Origin: an uncultured Lachnospiraceae bacterium
GTDB lineage: Bacteria; Bacillota; Clostridia; Oscillospirales; CAG-272
Assembly (NCBI GenBank): GCA_964490165.1
Contig: CAZBAR010000002.1
Span: 74,176 to 138,175, forward strand
DNA: 64,000 nucleotides
Reading direction: 5' to 3'
Position numbers and translations under genes: made by a program. Below are positions 8,423 to 18,475 of the stretch, piece after piece. A model generated the notes under the pieces. It searched no databases. It was not told the DNA's origin and saw nothing but the letters and a program-made list of their open reading frames with translations. The stretch's first letter is position 1; each line of letters starts with the position of its first letter.

Positions 8423-9234
8423 TGCGAATTACCTCTGTCCTCAAGCCATTTTGCAACGCCGTCATTGTTATTGCTTCCGATAACTCCCGTTGCAATAGCT
8501 TTTAATTCGTCTACGGCGTTTTCCATGGCGTATGCTTCATCAGCAATTTTGAACATCTCTATGTCGTTTTTTGCATCACCGAATACAACAACACGGTCAG
8601 CTTGTACATACTCTTTCAGCCGCAAAACTGCATTTGCTTTTGAAACGTCTGTCGGCATAATTTCAAGCCACCATTCTTTGCTGTATATATCATTGTGAAA
8701 AATACAGTGATGCTCGCACTTGAAACGTGTATACAACGGTTCAAGCTTTTCATAGCTGTCTATACAGGTGAAATAGAACACATCGCCGGATATAAGCTCA
8801 TCCTCGGAGCTGACCGGGTTTTCTCTTATATCCCCCTTACGGGTCAAAATAAATTCAGCGGCGCCTGTGCTGCATTTCTCGGGGATATATGAAAATTTTT
8901 CTATTTCCGATATATATGAATAGACTATGGGGCTGACACCGGCATATGTCATAGCGTCAATTATTTCGTTTTTTGCTTTGCCGAACGAGTTTTTTAGTAC
9001 GACTTTGTACGGGTCTGTACGTATTATTGAAGCACCGTTGTACACTATAACGGGGAGAGAAATATTCAGATCTTTCGTAATTTTTGACGCTGTAACAGCT
9101 GATCTTGCCGTGGCGTATGAAAAAAGCATACCATTAGATATCAGCTTGTTTATAGCCTGTACGGTATACCCGGAAAGCCGCTGGTCGCTTTGCAGCAGAG
9201 TACCGTCAAGGTCTGATATGTACAGTGTTTTCAT
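8419..9234 (-). CDS. Cof-type HAD-IIB phosphatase
   Basis: ISDLDGTLL and GDAKNDIEM motifs. 4-nt overlap with the downstream gene. Confidence 0.85.
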   Translation of the reverse strand: MKTLYISDLDGTLLQSDQRLSGYTVQAINKLISNGMLFSYATARSAVTASKITKDLNISLPVIVYNGASIIRTDPYKVVLKNSFGKAKNEIIDAMTYAGVSPIVYSYISEIEKFSYIPEKCSTGAAEFILTRKGDIRENPVSSEDELISGDVFYFTCIDSYEKLEPLYTRFKCEHHCIFHNDIYSKEWWLEIMPTDVSKANAVLRLKEYVQADRVVVFGDAKNDIEMFKIADEAYAMENAVDELKAIATGVIGSNNNDGVAKWLEDRGNSQ

Positions 9235-9237
9235 GAT

Positions 9238-10533
9238 TTATTTGTGCTTTGTACTTTTCAGAAGAACTACAGTTTCCACGTGCTTTGTCCGCGGGAAAAG
9301 GTCGCAGGCTGTGACTTCTTCGATAGTAAATTTGCTCTCGCACAGCTTTTTTAAGTCTCTTGAAAGGCTTGAAGGGTCGCAGGACACGTAGACAAGACGC
9401 TTTGGTGCGATTCTTATAAGCTCCTTTATCATTTTATCGGAGCAGCCGCTGCGGGGCGGGTCGATAATTGCAAAATCGAGACTTCCGTAAATGCTCTTTG
9501 CAAAATCTGCGCTGTCTCCGCAGAAAAATCCTATGTTTGAAAGTCCGTTTGCGGCGGCGTTTTCCTTTGCGTCGGCTACGGCGGCGCTGTTTATCTCAAC
9601 TCCCGTAATAAAGCAGTCGGGGTGAAGGGCAGCGGCGGAAAGTCCCATTATTCCCGTGCCGCAGTACAGATCAGCACCGTACGAGCCATCCTCTGCACAC
9701 GCATATTCACCTGCAAGGCGGCACAGCTTTTCGGCGGCGTCGTGGTTTACCTGAAAAAATGAGTCAGGCGAAACCTTCAGGCTCATACCGAGAAAGTCCT
9801 CAGTAACGCTCTCCTTGCCTAAAACGACCTCGGCGCGCTTTCCGTACTCGGGATGATTTCCGCTTTTTGTAAGAACACCGATTACGGCGGGGAATTTTTT
9901 ACACAGTGCTTCGGCAAACTCCCGAAGTCCTGCTTTGTCTTCGTTCTTTGTGCCGACTACTGCGGTTATCTCGCTGCAGCTCTTTGTACACCTCAGAAAC
10001 AGATATGTAATTTCTCTGTTTTTTAGTGCATCGGCTGAAAATGCTGCTATTTCGGAAAATATTTCGGGGCAAAGGTGGCAGTCTGTTATGGGCACAAAGG
10101 CAGCGCCTTTTTCTTCTGTGTAGCCGAACTCAGCGTTTCTGAAACGGAAAACGGCTTTGTTTCTGTAGCGCTCAGGAGATGCTGTAAGTATTTCTTTAAC
10201 TTCAACTTCTCCGAGTCCGCCGCGGCGCAGCGCCGCTTTTACACTTTGAAGCTTTATTTCGGCTTCATGCTCATATGTAATGTGTCGGAGAGTGCATCCT
10301 CCGCACTCACCGTATGCGGGGCAGTCAGCCTCGCATCTGTGCTCGGAGGGCGAATTTATTGATCTTACGGCGGCTATTTTGAAATTCTTCTTTTCTTCGG
10401 TGATCTCTGCAGTAACTGTGTCGCCGTCAACCGCTTCGAGGCAGAACACTACGCAGCCGTCCTGCTTTGTAATGCCGTTGCCGAGGGTGTTCATTTCTTC
10501 TATTTTTGCTGTAAATGTTTTATTGTCTGACAT
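9238..10533 (-). CDS. TrmA/RumA-family RNA (uracil-C5)-methyltransferase with TRAM domain and Fe-S cysteines
   Basis: CPAYGECGGC cluster, SAM motif DLYCGTG, catalytic-region VYVSCDP. Confidence 0.85.
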   Translation of the reverse strand: MSDNKTFTAKIEEMNTLGNGITKQDGCVVFCLEAVDGDTVTAEITEEKKNFKIAAVRSINSPSEHRCEADCPAYGECGGCTLRHITYEHEAEIKLQSVKAALRRGGLGEVEVKEILTASPERYRNKAVFRFRNAEFGYTEEKGAAFVPITDCHLCPEIFSEIAAFSADALKNREITYLFLRCTKSCSEITAVVGTKNEDKAGLREFAEALCKKFPAVIGVLTKSGNHPEYGKRAEVVLGKESVTEDFLGMSLKVSPDSFFQVNHDAAEKLCRLAGEYACAEDGSYGADLYCGTGIMGLSAAALHPDCFITGVEINSAAVADAKENAAANGLSNIGFFCGDSADFAKSIYGSLDFAIIDPPRSGCSDKMIKELIRIAPKRLVYVSCDPSSLSRDLKKLCESKFTIEEVTACDLFPRTKHVETVVLLKSTKHK

Positions 10534-10665
10534 AACTTTGTCCTTAATTATTTTTATACCTTATTATACGGTTTATTTGCCTGTTTGTCAAATAAATAGT
10601 TGATTTATGCAAAGAACTGTGATAATATTGAAAAAACGCGTATAACGAAAGTGTGAGGATAAGTT

Positions 10666-11478
10666 ATGAAACGTATAGATACGCCGTACTGGTACGGAAA
10701 AAAATCGCGTGCCGTTACTTTCAGCTATGACGACGGCAGAGTAGAGGATGTCCGCCTTGTTGAAATATTTAATAAATACGGGCTCAAAGCATCATTTCAT
10801 CTGTGTCAGCCTGAGGAGCTGGCGAAGCTTGCCAACGGGCCGCTGCTCGGCGCTGACAAATACGCAGAGCTGTACCGCGGGCATGAGATATCCTGCCATT
10901 CCGTGCATCATTCTTTTCCCGCATCTATGCCTGATGAGGCTGTGCGTGCGGAGATATATGAAAACAGACGGTTTTTGGAGGGGCTTTGCGGATATCCCGT
11001 AAGGGGAATGTCATATCCCTTCGGCAGCTATGACGACAGAGTTATTTCCATATGCAAGAGCTGCGGTATGGAATATGCACGCACCGTTGAGGAAACGGGA
11101 AAATTCAAATTGCCTGAGGATTTTATGCGCTGGCATCCGACCTGTCATCATTCAGAGGCTGACAGTGCGCTTGTTGAGCGGTTTATGCGGCCTATGCTTT
11201 ACGACCGTATGCGCCTTTTGTACGTTTGGGGACACAGCTTTGAATTTTATAATGAAGAAAAGTGGCAGGCGATGGAGAATTTCTGCCGTGAGATATCAGG
11301 CCGGGACGATGTATGGTATGCCACAAACATTGAGATAGTTGATTATATGCACGCGCTTCGCTCGCTGCGCTTTGCGGAGCAGTGCACAAGCGTGTACAAT
11401 CCTACCTGCATGGATCTGTGGATAGATGTTGATACGGAGCCTGTGCTGATACCTGCAGGGCAGACTGTAAAGCTTTGA
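10666..11478 (+). CDS. polysaccharide deacetylase (NodB/CE4-like) family protein
   Basis: FSYDDG and HSVHH motifs. Confidence 0.8.
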   Translation: MKRIDTPYWYGKKSRAVTFSYDDGRVEDVRLVEIFNKYGLKASFHLCQPEELAKLANGPLLGADKYAELYRGHEISCHSVHHSFPASMPDEAVRAEIYENRRFLEGLCGYPVRGMSYPFGSYDDRVISICKSCGMEYARTVEETGKFKLPEDFMRWHPTCHHSEADSALVERFMRPMLYDRMRLLYVWGHSFEFYNEEKWQAMENFCREISGRDDVWYATNIEIVDYMHALRSLRFAEQCTSVYNPTCMDLWIDVDTEPVLIPAGQTVKL

Positions 11479-12884
11479 AAATTAAAAATCTGAAGAATAT
11501 TTTTGTTGAACGCTGCAAGGGCTTTTCCGACGCTCACGGTGCTTTAGATCTTGAAACGGTTGAAAACAAGAAGTTTTCTCAGTGCGCGGTGACTCTGAAC
11601 ACAGTTAAAATTGAATTTGTATATTTGCAGCGTGCCTCTACATTGATCCCTCAAAGCACACTGTTCTGCCGTATATATATTAACAAAAACGACCATATAT
11701 TTTTTCATCTTCCGGAATTATTAGTATACAGCGGTATCGACGATTTCCGCCAGTGCTATTTTTCGTATATTGAAAACGAAGATCGCATGAATGCCTGCTT
11801 TGACGCGCTGGCAAGTACAATTGATGAATATTTGCCCCTGATAAATAAAATATCTGCCGTTGACAGTAAGCGATTTTACGATATGCAATATGCAAAGCTT
11901 GGAGAAAAGTTTAATATTGACGATGATGTGGCAATGACAGACGGTGATTCGGAGAAGGCTTTCTTTTGCTGTGCGATAGACTATGAAGATCTTTGCATTT
12001 TGCCCGATTTTACATATATTGACGGCGGCTATCATTCATTTCTTTCCGGCAACTTCGGAAAAGCCAAAAAGTTTTATGAAAAGCGTATTTCTACAGGCAA
12101 AGCATCTGAGTACGATAAAAGGCTTTACGAATTTATCTGTGATGATAAAAATGCTTCATACAAGGGGATAAGCAGGGAATGCTTTGCCGCTGCCGATGCT
12201 AAGCTTTACTTGAACGGTGATAAATTTATATATTTGTTTAAGTCATTCATATTGTCTTATTTAGGTATCGGCGCTGCATTTGCTGCTTTATGCCTGATTA
12301 TACGAGCGGTTATATCTATCGGTGCTGAAGCCGTTTTTGGTTTTCCGTGGTATATTTCCTTAATATTTGCAGCATTGCCGGCGATTTTTTGTGTTATGGC
12401 TTTTGGCAAGAGGTTTTCTTTTTTGTTCAAAAGAAAGGACCTCAAAAAGTATCTTGATTTTTATGATATATTAAGCGGCGGTTCAGACAAGATAGCAAAA
12501 GTCGCCTTTGCCGCTGTCAGCATTGTATCTTTTATATTGACCGCTGTGCTTGCATTTTTTGGGACTGCTGTTGTATATGACGATCATATCAGATCGGATA
12601 TTGACGGTGATATGATTTTTGAAGAAATATATTATTGCGATGTTGAGAAGATTTATCACATTGACGCGCGATACAACATATACGGAGACAGGATCAACAG
12701 AGGATCATATGTCTTTGAGATGAATAGCGGAGAAGTGTATGATTTTGACAGCATCACAAGTGAAAGGGAAACAGAGAATACGCTGCTGCCTATAATGAAT
12801 CACGGTACGGAAAGTATAATATTCTTTGATACTGACCGAGATCTGCCTGATAATGTTCAGGAAAAGCTTAATGAACTGAAATAA
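11475..12884 (+). CDS. multi-pass membrane protein of unknown function
   Basis: TTG start overlaps the previous stop (TTGA). ~240-aa soluble N-domain, 3-4 TM helices, ~100-aa C-domain. No family recognised. Confidence 0.55.
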   Translation: MKIKNLKNIFVERCKGFSDAHGALDLETVENKKFSQCAVTLNTVKIEFVYLQRASTLIPQSTLFCRIYINKNDHIFFHLPELLVYSGIDDFRQCYFSYIENEDRMNACFDALASTIDEYLPLINKISAVDSKRFYDMQYAKLGEKFNIDDDVAMTDGDSEKAFFCCAIDYEDLCILPDFTYIDGGYHSFLSGNFGKAKKFYEKRISTGKASEYDKRLYEFICDDKNASYKGISRECFAAADAKLYLNGDKFIYLFKSFILSYLGIGAAFAALCLIIRAVISIGAEAVFGFPWYISLIFAALPAIFCVMAFGKRFSFLFKRKDLKKYLDFYDILSGGSDKIAKVAFAAVSIVSFILTAVLAFFGTAVVYDDHIRSDIDGDMIFEEIYYCDVEKIYHIDARYNIYGDRINRGSYVFEMNSGEVYDFDSITSERETENTLLPIMNHGTESIIFFDTDRDLPDNVQEKLNELK

Positions 12885-12890
12885 TAATGA

Positions 12891-12930
12891 AAAATTTCCC
12901 GCATAAGCTAAAAGCTATGCGGGAAATTTT
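12891..12930. terminator. bidirectional terminator between convergent genes
   Basis: AAAATTTCCCGCATA(A)GCT / AGCTATGCGGGAAATTTT with A-run before and T-run after. Confidence 0.7.
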
Positions 12931-12939
12931 TAGTTGGTA

Positions 12940-14349
12940 TTATTTATTATTCATTTTTTCAAGGGCGAGGCGTCCTTCCTCAGTAACGGGTCTTATCCAT
13001 TTACCTGTAAGATAGTAGCATATGCAGATCGTTGCTTTAGGGATATCCTCACACAGGTACATAAACAAAAATACAAGACTGAACGGCAGCTTTACAACGT
13101 AGGCGAGTGCGGCTGTTATGGGGATGGATATGAGCCACAGCGGGATCATATCGCAGAGAAGTCCTGTTTTCGGGTCGCCGCCCGGTCTGAAAATGCCTAC
13201 GATATAAAGATATGGCATATTTCTGAAAACAAGTATGCAGGCGTAGGTGGTGATGCACATTATCGCCGTTGAAACCGACAGCGCCGAGTATTCGCCGTTT
13301 GATGTAAACAAAGTGACTATGGGACCTCGCAGCAGAATAAGTACTGCGCCTGTAATAAGGCTGAACACAGGCATAACAAAGCTGAAGCGCACGGTATTTT
13401 CCTTTGCTTCCTTTACGTGACCTGCGCCTATCTGCTTGCCTACGATAATGCTGCACGCGTTGCAAAGGCCGACTATAAATACAAAAGCAAGGTTTTCTAC
13501 AGTACGAAGTATAGTAACTCCCGCGTAATATTCGTCGCCGAGGTTGGAGAGTATCGCGTTCATGGTAACGGTTCCCAGCGCCCATGTTGCCTCGTTGCAT
13601 ATAACGGGAACTGCTTTTCTCAGATATACGGCAACATCACGCATTTCGAATCCGAACAGCTCGGAGAGAGGGGCAATGAGAATGTTTTTCTTGGCGAAGG
13701 ATATTATAAGTAGAACTAAAAAGCTTATCCAGTTGGAAAGGGAAGTGGCAAGGGCTGCACCTGACGCGCCCATTTCGGGAAAACCGAAGTTTCCGTATAT
13801 AAGGCAGTAGTTGAATGTCATATTCAGAACTGCTGTTATAACAGCAATAACCACTGGCAGCTTTACTTTTTCCGTACTTCGCAGCACTGTTGAAAGCGTA
13901 TAAGTCAGGGCGTTGGGAATATACGACCAGCACACGAAGCGGAGATAGCTGCTGCCGATCTTAATTACTTCGGGGGTCTTTGAATATATTCTGAGTATAA
14001 ACGGTGCGGCAAAAAATGCGATAAGACAGAATAAAAGTCCTACAGCTACTGCCATTACCATAGAGATGCCCTGAGTCTTATGTATGGCTCTTTTGTCTTC
14101 TGTGCCCCAATACTGGGAGACAAACAGCGCTGTAGCTGAACCGAGACCGAAGATAAGCGCGTTCATCAGCCAGCTGAACTGAGACGCCATACCTACAGAT
14201 GAGAGAACAGTATCTCCCAGACCTGCAACCATAAAGGTATCTACCATAGCAAAGGATGCGGCAAGGAGATTTTGTATGGCTATAGGCAGCGCAAGAGGTA
14301 TTACCGCCTTCCAAAACGGCTTGTTACAGTATATCGATTTAATATTCAT
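12940..14349 (-). CDS. MATE-family efflux transporter
   Basis: 469 aa, 12 predicted TM helices, typical MATE N-terminus (LALPIAIQNLL...). Confidence 0.85.
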   Translation of the reverse strand: MNIKSIYCNKPFWKAVIPLALPIAIQNLLAASFAMVDTFMVAGLGDTVLSSVGMASQFSWLMNALIFGLGSATALFVSQYWGTEDKRAIHKTQGISMVMAVAVGLLFCLIAFFAAPFILRIYSKTPEVIKIGSSYLRFVCWSYIPNALTYTLSTVLRSTEKVKLPVVIAVITAVLNMTFNYCLIYGNFGFPEMGASGAALATSLSNWISFLVLLIISFAKKNILIAPLSELFGFEMRDVAVYLRKAVPVICNEATWALGTVTMNAILSNLGDEYYAGVTILRTVENLAFVFIVGLCNACSIIVGKQIGAGHVKEAKENTVRFSFVMPVFSLITGAVLILLRGPIVTLFTSNGEYSALSVSTAIMCITTYACILVFRNMPYLYIVGIFRPGGDPKTGLLCDMIPLWLISIPITAALAYVVKLPFSLVFLFMYLCEDIPKATICICYYLTGKWIRPVTEEGRLALEKMNNK

Positions 14350-14394
14350 ATTTCATTCTTGTTAAGGTCTTGTTAATGTTGTAAATGTTTAACT

Positions 14395-14425
14395 AACAAA
14401 GAAAGACGACACAAAGCCGTCTTTC
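14395..14425 (-). terminator. rplS terminator
   Basis: GAAAGACG / CGTCTTTC stem, then TTTGTT on the minus strand. Confidence 0.65.
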
Positions 14426-14466
14426 TCTATTGATTTGACTGTCAAATACTAAGTATAGGCACAGAC

Positions 14467-14811
14467 TTACTGAAGCTGCTCCTTAACCTTAGCTGCCTTA
14501 CCTACTCTGTCACGCAGATAGTAGAGCTTAGAACGTCTTACCTTACCGAGACGAACTACTTCTACCTTCTGTACATGAGGTGAGTGAAGGGGGAAGGTCT
14601 TCTCAACGCCGCAGCCGTAAGCAACTCTGCGTACGGTGAAGGTTTCGGAGATACCGCCGCCGTGGCGTGCGATAACAGTGCCTTCAAAAATCTGAATTCT
14701 TTCTCTTGTACCCTCTTTGATGAGGTTGTGGACCTTGACAGTGTCGCCCACGTTGAACTGAGGAACATCTTCTCTCAGCTGCTCGCTTGCAAAAGCTTCG
14801 AGTTTGGTCAT
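14467..14811 (-). CDS. rplS: 50S ribosomal protein L19
   Basis: [28 protein letters not shown]... is a canonical L19. GGAG RBS. The track N-extension is rejected. Confidence 0.95.
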   Translation of the reverse strand: MTKLEAFASEQLREDVPQFNVGDTVKVHNLIKEGTRERIQIFEGTVIARHGGGISETFTVRRVAYGCGVEKTFPLHSPHVQKVEVVRLGKVRRSKLYYLRDRVGKAAKVKEQLQ

Positions 14812-14931
14812 TTTATGACTCTCCTTTTTTCTTTTGATATCTGGAATGTTCTTACGGAGCCGCATTGGACCATTCCGGCGGCATATGCCGCATACATTTG
14901 ATATTCTATCACAATACCCGGTATATTGCAA
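14812..14931 (-). promoter_or_regulatory. rplS promoter plus ~85-nt structured leader (candidate L19 ribosomal-protein leader)
   Basis: Minus strand: TTGCAA, 17 nt, TAGAAT (14903-14931). The leader has GCGGCATATGCCGC and GGAATG...CATTCC hairpins just before the RBS. Confidence 0.4.
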
Positions 14932-14958
14932 TACTTTTTTTATAAAAAGTTAAAATAT

Positions 14959-15819
14959 TCAAATTTTTATAAACAGCCACCACGGGGAGTCAAAGCCTTC
15001 AACGGTAATTTCTTTACCCAAACCTGCTTCCGTTATCCATTTGCTCACCGCTGGCAGCAGAAATTCGTTAAATTCCGGTATCAAGCCGATATCCAGATTG
15101 TATTGGAATGGGTAGTGGGCGAATATGAGGCAGCCTCCGGGTCTAAGTACGTCTGTGCACGCTGATATGAGCTGTAAAAACTCTATTTTTACCAGTTCTT
15201 CAAACGCGCCGTTTCGAAATGCGTCATTTACGATCTCTGTTATGGGGGGAAGTATCTGAAGCCAGTTGGAATTGATCGTATCTATACCGTTTTTCTCAGC
15301 GATGATAGTTTCTATAACATCATTTGCACTGTGTTCAAATGCTATAATGTCAAAAGCTTCATTAGCTTCAGCTTCATTAGTATATTCGGCAATGTTTTTT
15401 GCATCGTCTTCAATGACATCGATGCTTATATTGAGACCGTGTACCTTGCGCTTGAACTCCGCTGTCAGTTCTTTGTTCAAATTCATTGTTGTATACTTGG
15501 TTTCAGAGCCGCTGTAAAGCCTTGCCAGTGTCTTAGGGATCATATCACAGCAGCCTGCGCCCACCTCAAGAACCTTTACATTCCGACCGTTGTGAACAGC
15601 CTTTACGGCATCGTCCCATTTGTTTCTGAAATGCCAGTTGTATATGATCTCCGGATTTTCAAACAGTACAGGCTCACAGAGTAGGGCACGGATATATTTC
15701 TGCTTTTCCGAATCAGTCATACCGTTCAGAATAGCTGCCTCCTCAGGGAACAGCACTTTAGTATAATCCGGATCAAGTATCTGACTCTCTCTCATTTTTA
15801 CATTGTCTAAAGGTTTCAT
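14959..15819 (-). CDS. class I SAM-dependent methyltransferase, substrate unknown
   Basis: Motif I VLEVGAGCC and DIIAFEH. I prefer ATG 15819 with GGAGA RBS over the track start at 15963. Confidence 0.65.
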   Translation of the reverse strand: MKPLDNVKMRESQILDPDYTKVLFPEEAAILNGMTDSEKQKYIRALLCEPVLFENPEIIYNWHFRNKWDDAVKAVHNGRNVKVLEVGAGCCDMIPKTLARLYSGSETKYTTMNLNKELTAEFKRKVHGLNISIDVIEDDAKNIAEYTNEAEANEAFDIIAFEHSANDVIETIIAEKNGIDTINSNWLQILPPITEIVNDAFRNGAFEELVKIEFLQLISACTDVLRPGGCLIFAHYPFQYNLDIGLIPEFNEFLLPAVSKWITEAGLGKEITVEGFDSPWWLFIKI

Positions 15820-16148
15820 AATTTTTCTCCTTATGACGTTATTTAATTTATGGGTCATTTGCGGTTTGACAATGATAATGCAGAACTGTTCTGTATTGGT
15901 AAATATATCATTATTGTGAATTGTTGTCAATTGCTTTTTGTGATCTTTTTTCGAAAAAATCAACTTATTTTTGTGCTCTGTTTTTCATGAAAAATCAGAG
16001 CCGGAAAGATACATCATTTTAGAGAGATAGCAGCGTTTTTTAACCAAAAAAACAAAGTAATTTCGGGTAAGTATTACCATTCGTGCTCCGAAACCGCTTT
16101 AACGCATTAGAGCAAGCAAAAATATTTGACGCTATTTGTAAAATAATA

Positions 16149-16176
16149 TTGACTTTTCTTTGAAAATCTGTATAAT
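16149..16176 (+). promoter_or_regulatory. sigma-70-like promoter of the pot operon
   Basis: TTGACT, 16 nt, (TG)TATAAT. Confidence 0.55.
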
Positions 16177-16183
16177 GAATTTA

Positions 16184-16500
16184 ACAAAATTTAATATGCA
16201 CGATTTTTGCATCTGTGCTGACAACGCCGTCGAGGGCAAAGTATCGGCGGCGCTCCTCAAACATTCCGGCAAGGGCAGCGGTACGCTGCCGCTCAGACGC
16301 TTTTTACGTCGGGAATGTTCATTTGTGTCAGTTCTTTACAGAACCGGTAGCACTTTGTGCTATGAGAAACCGTACGCTGCATCTGCCTTTACGGCAGTTT
16401 GTAACACACTCTTTGCGGGGGCTGCGGTTAGGCATGAATGAGTTCGCGCAGAGCTGTAATACGGCTTTCGCGGTCTTGGCCGCAAAGGGGGATGCAAAAA
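16184..16500 (+). promoter_or_regulatory. long (~315 nt) GC-rich structured 5' leader of potABCD, class unknown
   Basis: Several hairpins: GGCAGCG-gta-CGCTGCC at 16273-16290, CTGCC-tttac-GGCAG at 16382-16396, GCAC-ttt-GTGC at 16350-16360. The ORFs here have non-protein-like composition. Confidence 0.35.
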
Positions 16501-17631
16501 ATGAAAAAAAACAATAAGTTAATTACGCTCGACGGTATTTCTGTTTCTTTTGACGGTGAGAAGGTACTGGACGATATTTCTCTGTCTATTGAGGACGGAG
16601 AATTTGTCACACTTCTCGGACCATCGGGTTGCGGAAAAACCACTACGCTTCGCATTATCGCGGGTTTTTTAGAGCCCGACTGCGGCGATGTATGTTTTGA
16701 CGGTCAGCGTATCAATGGTGTTCCGCCTCATAAAAGACAGGTGAACACCATTTTTCAGCGTTACGCGCTTTTTCCGCATTACAATGTTTTTGATAACATT
16801 GCATACGGTCTTAAGGTGCGCCACGTGCCGAAAAACGAGATCAAAGAGCGCGTTTCGGCGATGCTGAAAATGGTCAACCTTGAGGGCTTTGAGCACCGCA
16901 GAGTGTCTAAGCTCTCCGGCGGACAGCAGCAGAGAGTTGCCATTGCACGCGCTGTTATCAATCATCCGCGTGTGCTGCTTCTTGACGAGCCGCTGGCTGC
17001 GCTTGACCTGAAGCTTCGCAAGGATATGCAAAAAGAGCTTAAAAATATTCAGAAGCAGCTTGGAATCACGTTTATTTTCGTAACTCACGATCAGGAAGAG
17101 GCTCTTTCCATGTCCGATACGGTTGTGGTAATGGATAACGGTAAGATACAGCAGATCGGCTCGCCTACAGATATATATAATGAGCCTGTCAACGCATTTG
17201 TTGCCGACTTTATAGGTGAATCTAACATTATAGACGGCACTATGCCCGAAAACTACAGGGCAAGATTTGCAGGGCATACCTTTGATTGTCTTGATTTCGG
17301 GTTTGAAAAAGATGAGAGCGTTGACGTTGTTATCAGACCTGAGGACGTTGATATCGTTCCTCCTGCGCGCGGAATGCTGACAGGTACTGTTACCTCTGTT
17401 ACCTTCCTTGGTGTGCATTATGAGATAATTGTCGATATATGCGGCTTCAAATGGATGATACAGACTACGGATTATTGCAGCGAAGGCGAGACAGTTGGGC
17501 TTTCCATCGATCCTGACGCAATACATATAATGAAGAAGTCCGAGTATTCCGGACGCTACGGCGATTACAGCTCCTTCTCCGAGGAGATCGACACAATGAG
17601 CGATGTGGACGGAGGAGAGGACGATGAGTAA
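16501..17631 (+). CDS. potA: spermidine/putrescine ABC transporter ATP-binding protein
   Basis: Walker [24 protein letters not shown], Walker B LLLDEP, PotA-type C-terminal regulatory domain. Start at ATG 16501. Confidence 0.9.
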   Translation: MKKNNKLITLDGISVSFDGEKVLDDISLSIEDGEFVTLLGPSGCGKTTTLRIIAGFLEPDCGDVCFDGQRINGVPPHKRQVNTIFQRYALFPHYNVFDNIAYGLKVRHVPKNEIKERVSAMLKMVNLEGFEHRRVSKLSGGQQQRVAIARAVINHPRVLLLDEPLAALDLKLRKDMQKELKNIQKQLGITFIFVTHDQEEALSMSDTVVVMDNGKIQQIGSPTDIYNEPVNAFVADFIGESNIIDGTMPENYRARFAGHTFDCLDFGFEKDESVDVVIRPEDVDIVPPARGMLTGTVTSVTFLGVHYEIIVDICGFKWMIQTTDYCSEGETVGLSIDPDAIHIMKKSEYSGRYGDYSSFSEEIDTMSDVDGGEDDE

Positions 17632-18475
17632 GAAAAAAGCTGCTCACGTAAGAGCCTCCGGCACTCACGGCGCAAGATTTTTGAATGTTCCTTATATCGT
17701 ATGGGCGGCGCTGTTTATAATCATACCTATGTTTATAGTGGCTATATACGCTTTTACCGATGAGGCAGGCGCTTTTACTCTCGACAATTTCCGCCAGCTT
17801 CCTCTTTATAAGGATAATATTATAGATTCCTTTGTCTATGCGCTTATTGCGACTGTTGTCACGCTGCTTCTGGCGTACCCCTTTGCATACTTTGTTTCAA
17901 AGAAGAGCGAGAGCACGCAGAAAATAATAATGATGCTCGTTATGCTCCCTATGTGGATGAATATGCTTATTATGACATATTCTATAATGAATATCATAGA
18001 GACTAACGGTATTATAAATACTGTGCTTGTTTCATTCGGTCTTGAAAAGCTGCAAATGATAAATACACCCGGTGCTGTGGTATTCGGAATGGTGTATAAC
18101 TATTTTCCGTATATGGTTCTTCCGCTGGTGTCTGTTCTTTCAAAAATCGATAATTCGCTGCTTGAGGCGTCTGCCGATCTCGGCTCCGGCGCGGTTTCAA
18201 GCTTTATGCGTATAGTGCTTCCGCTCAGCGTGCCCGGCATAATATCAGGCTTTACCATGGTGTTCGTGCCCTCTGTATCTACCTTCTACATTGCACAGAA
18301 GCTTGGCGGCGCAAATGTAAATCTTATAGGCGACAGAATAGAAGAGCTGGTAAAAAAGCCGTCAACCATACATCTGGGCGCAATGCTGTCCCTGGTGCTT
18401 ATGGTCGTAATACTTGTTTGTATTATGCTTATGAATCATTTCTCCGATGACAGTGAAGGGAGTATGATCGTATGA
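17624..18475 (+). CDS. potB: spermidine/putrescine ABC transporter permease
   Basis: Overlaps the potA stop. GGAGGAGAGG RBS. EAA-loop (LLEASADLG). Confidence 0.85.
   Translation: MSKKKAAHVRASGTHGARFLNVPYIVWAALFIIIPMFIVAIYAFTDEAGAFTLDNFRQLPLYKDNIIDSFVYALIATVVTLLLAYPFAYFVSKKSESTQKIIMMLVMLPMWMNMLIMTYSIMNIIETNGIINTVLVSFGLEKLQMINTPGAVVFGMVYNYFPYMVLPLVSVLSKIDNSLLEASADLGSGAVSSFMRIVLPLSVPGIISGFTMVFVPSVSTFYIAQKLGGANVNLIGDRIEELVKKPSTIHLGAMLSLVLMVVILVCIMLMNHFSDDSEGSMIV

Noticed and set aside
14812-14931. N-terminal extensions proposed by the ORF track: rplS to 14931, methyltransferase to 15963, ispE to 33447, RluD-like to 62699, upp to 63392, potA from 16438, scfA from 36054, scfB from 36266, rubredoxin from 43452.
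   Set aside because: Internal ATGs with good RBSs reproduce the canonical family N-termini. The extensions run through promoters, hairpins or terminators and have non-protein-like composition.
16160-16517. Two overlapping ORFs (93 and 100 aa) inside the pot leader.
   Set aside because: They have no RBS and an Arg/Cys/Ala-rich composition, and one runs into potA in a different frame. I treat the region as non-coding RNA leader instead.
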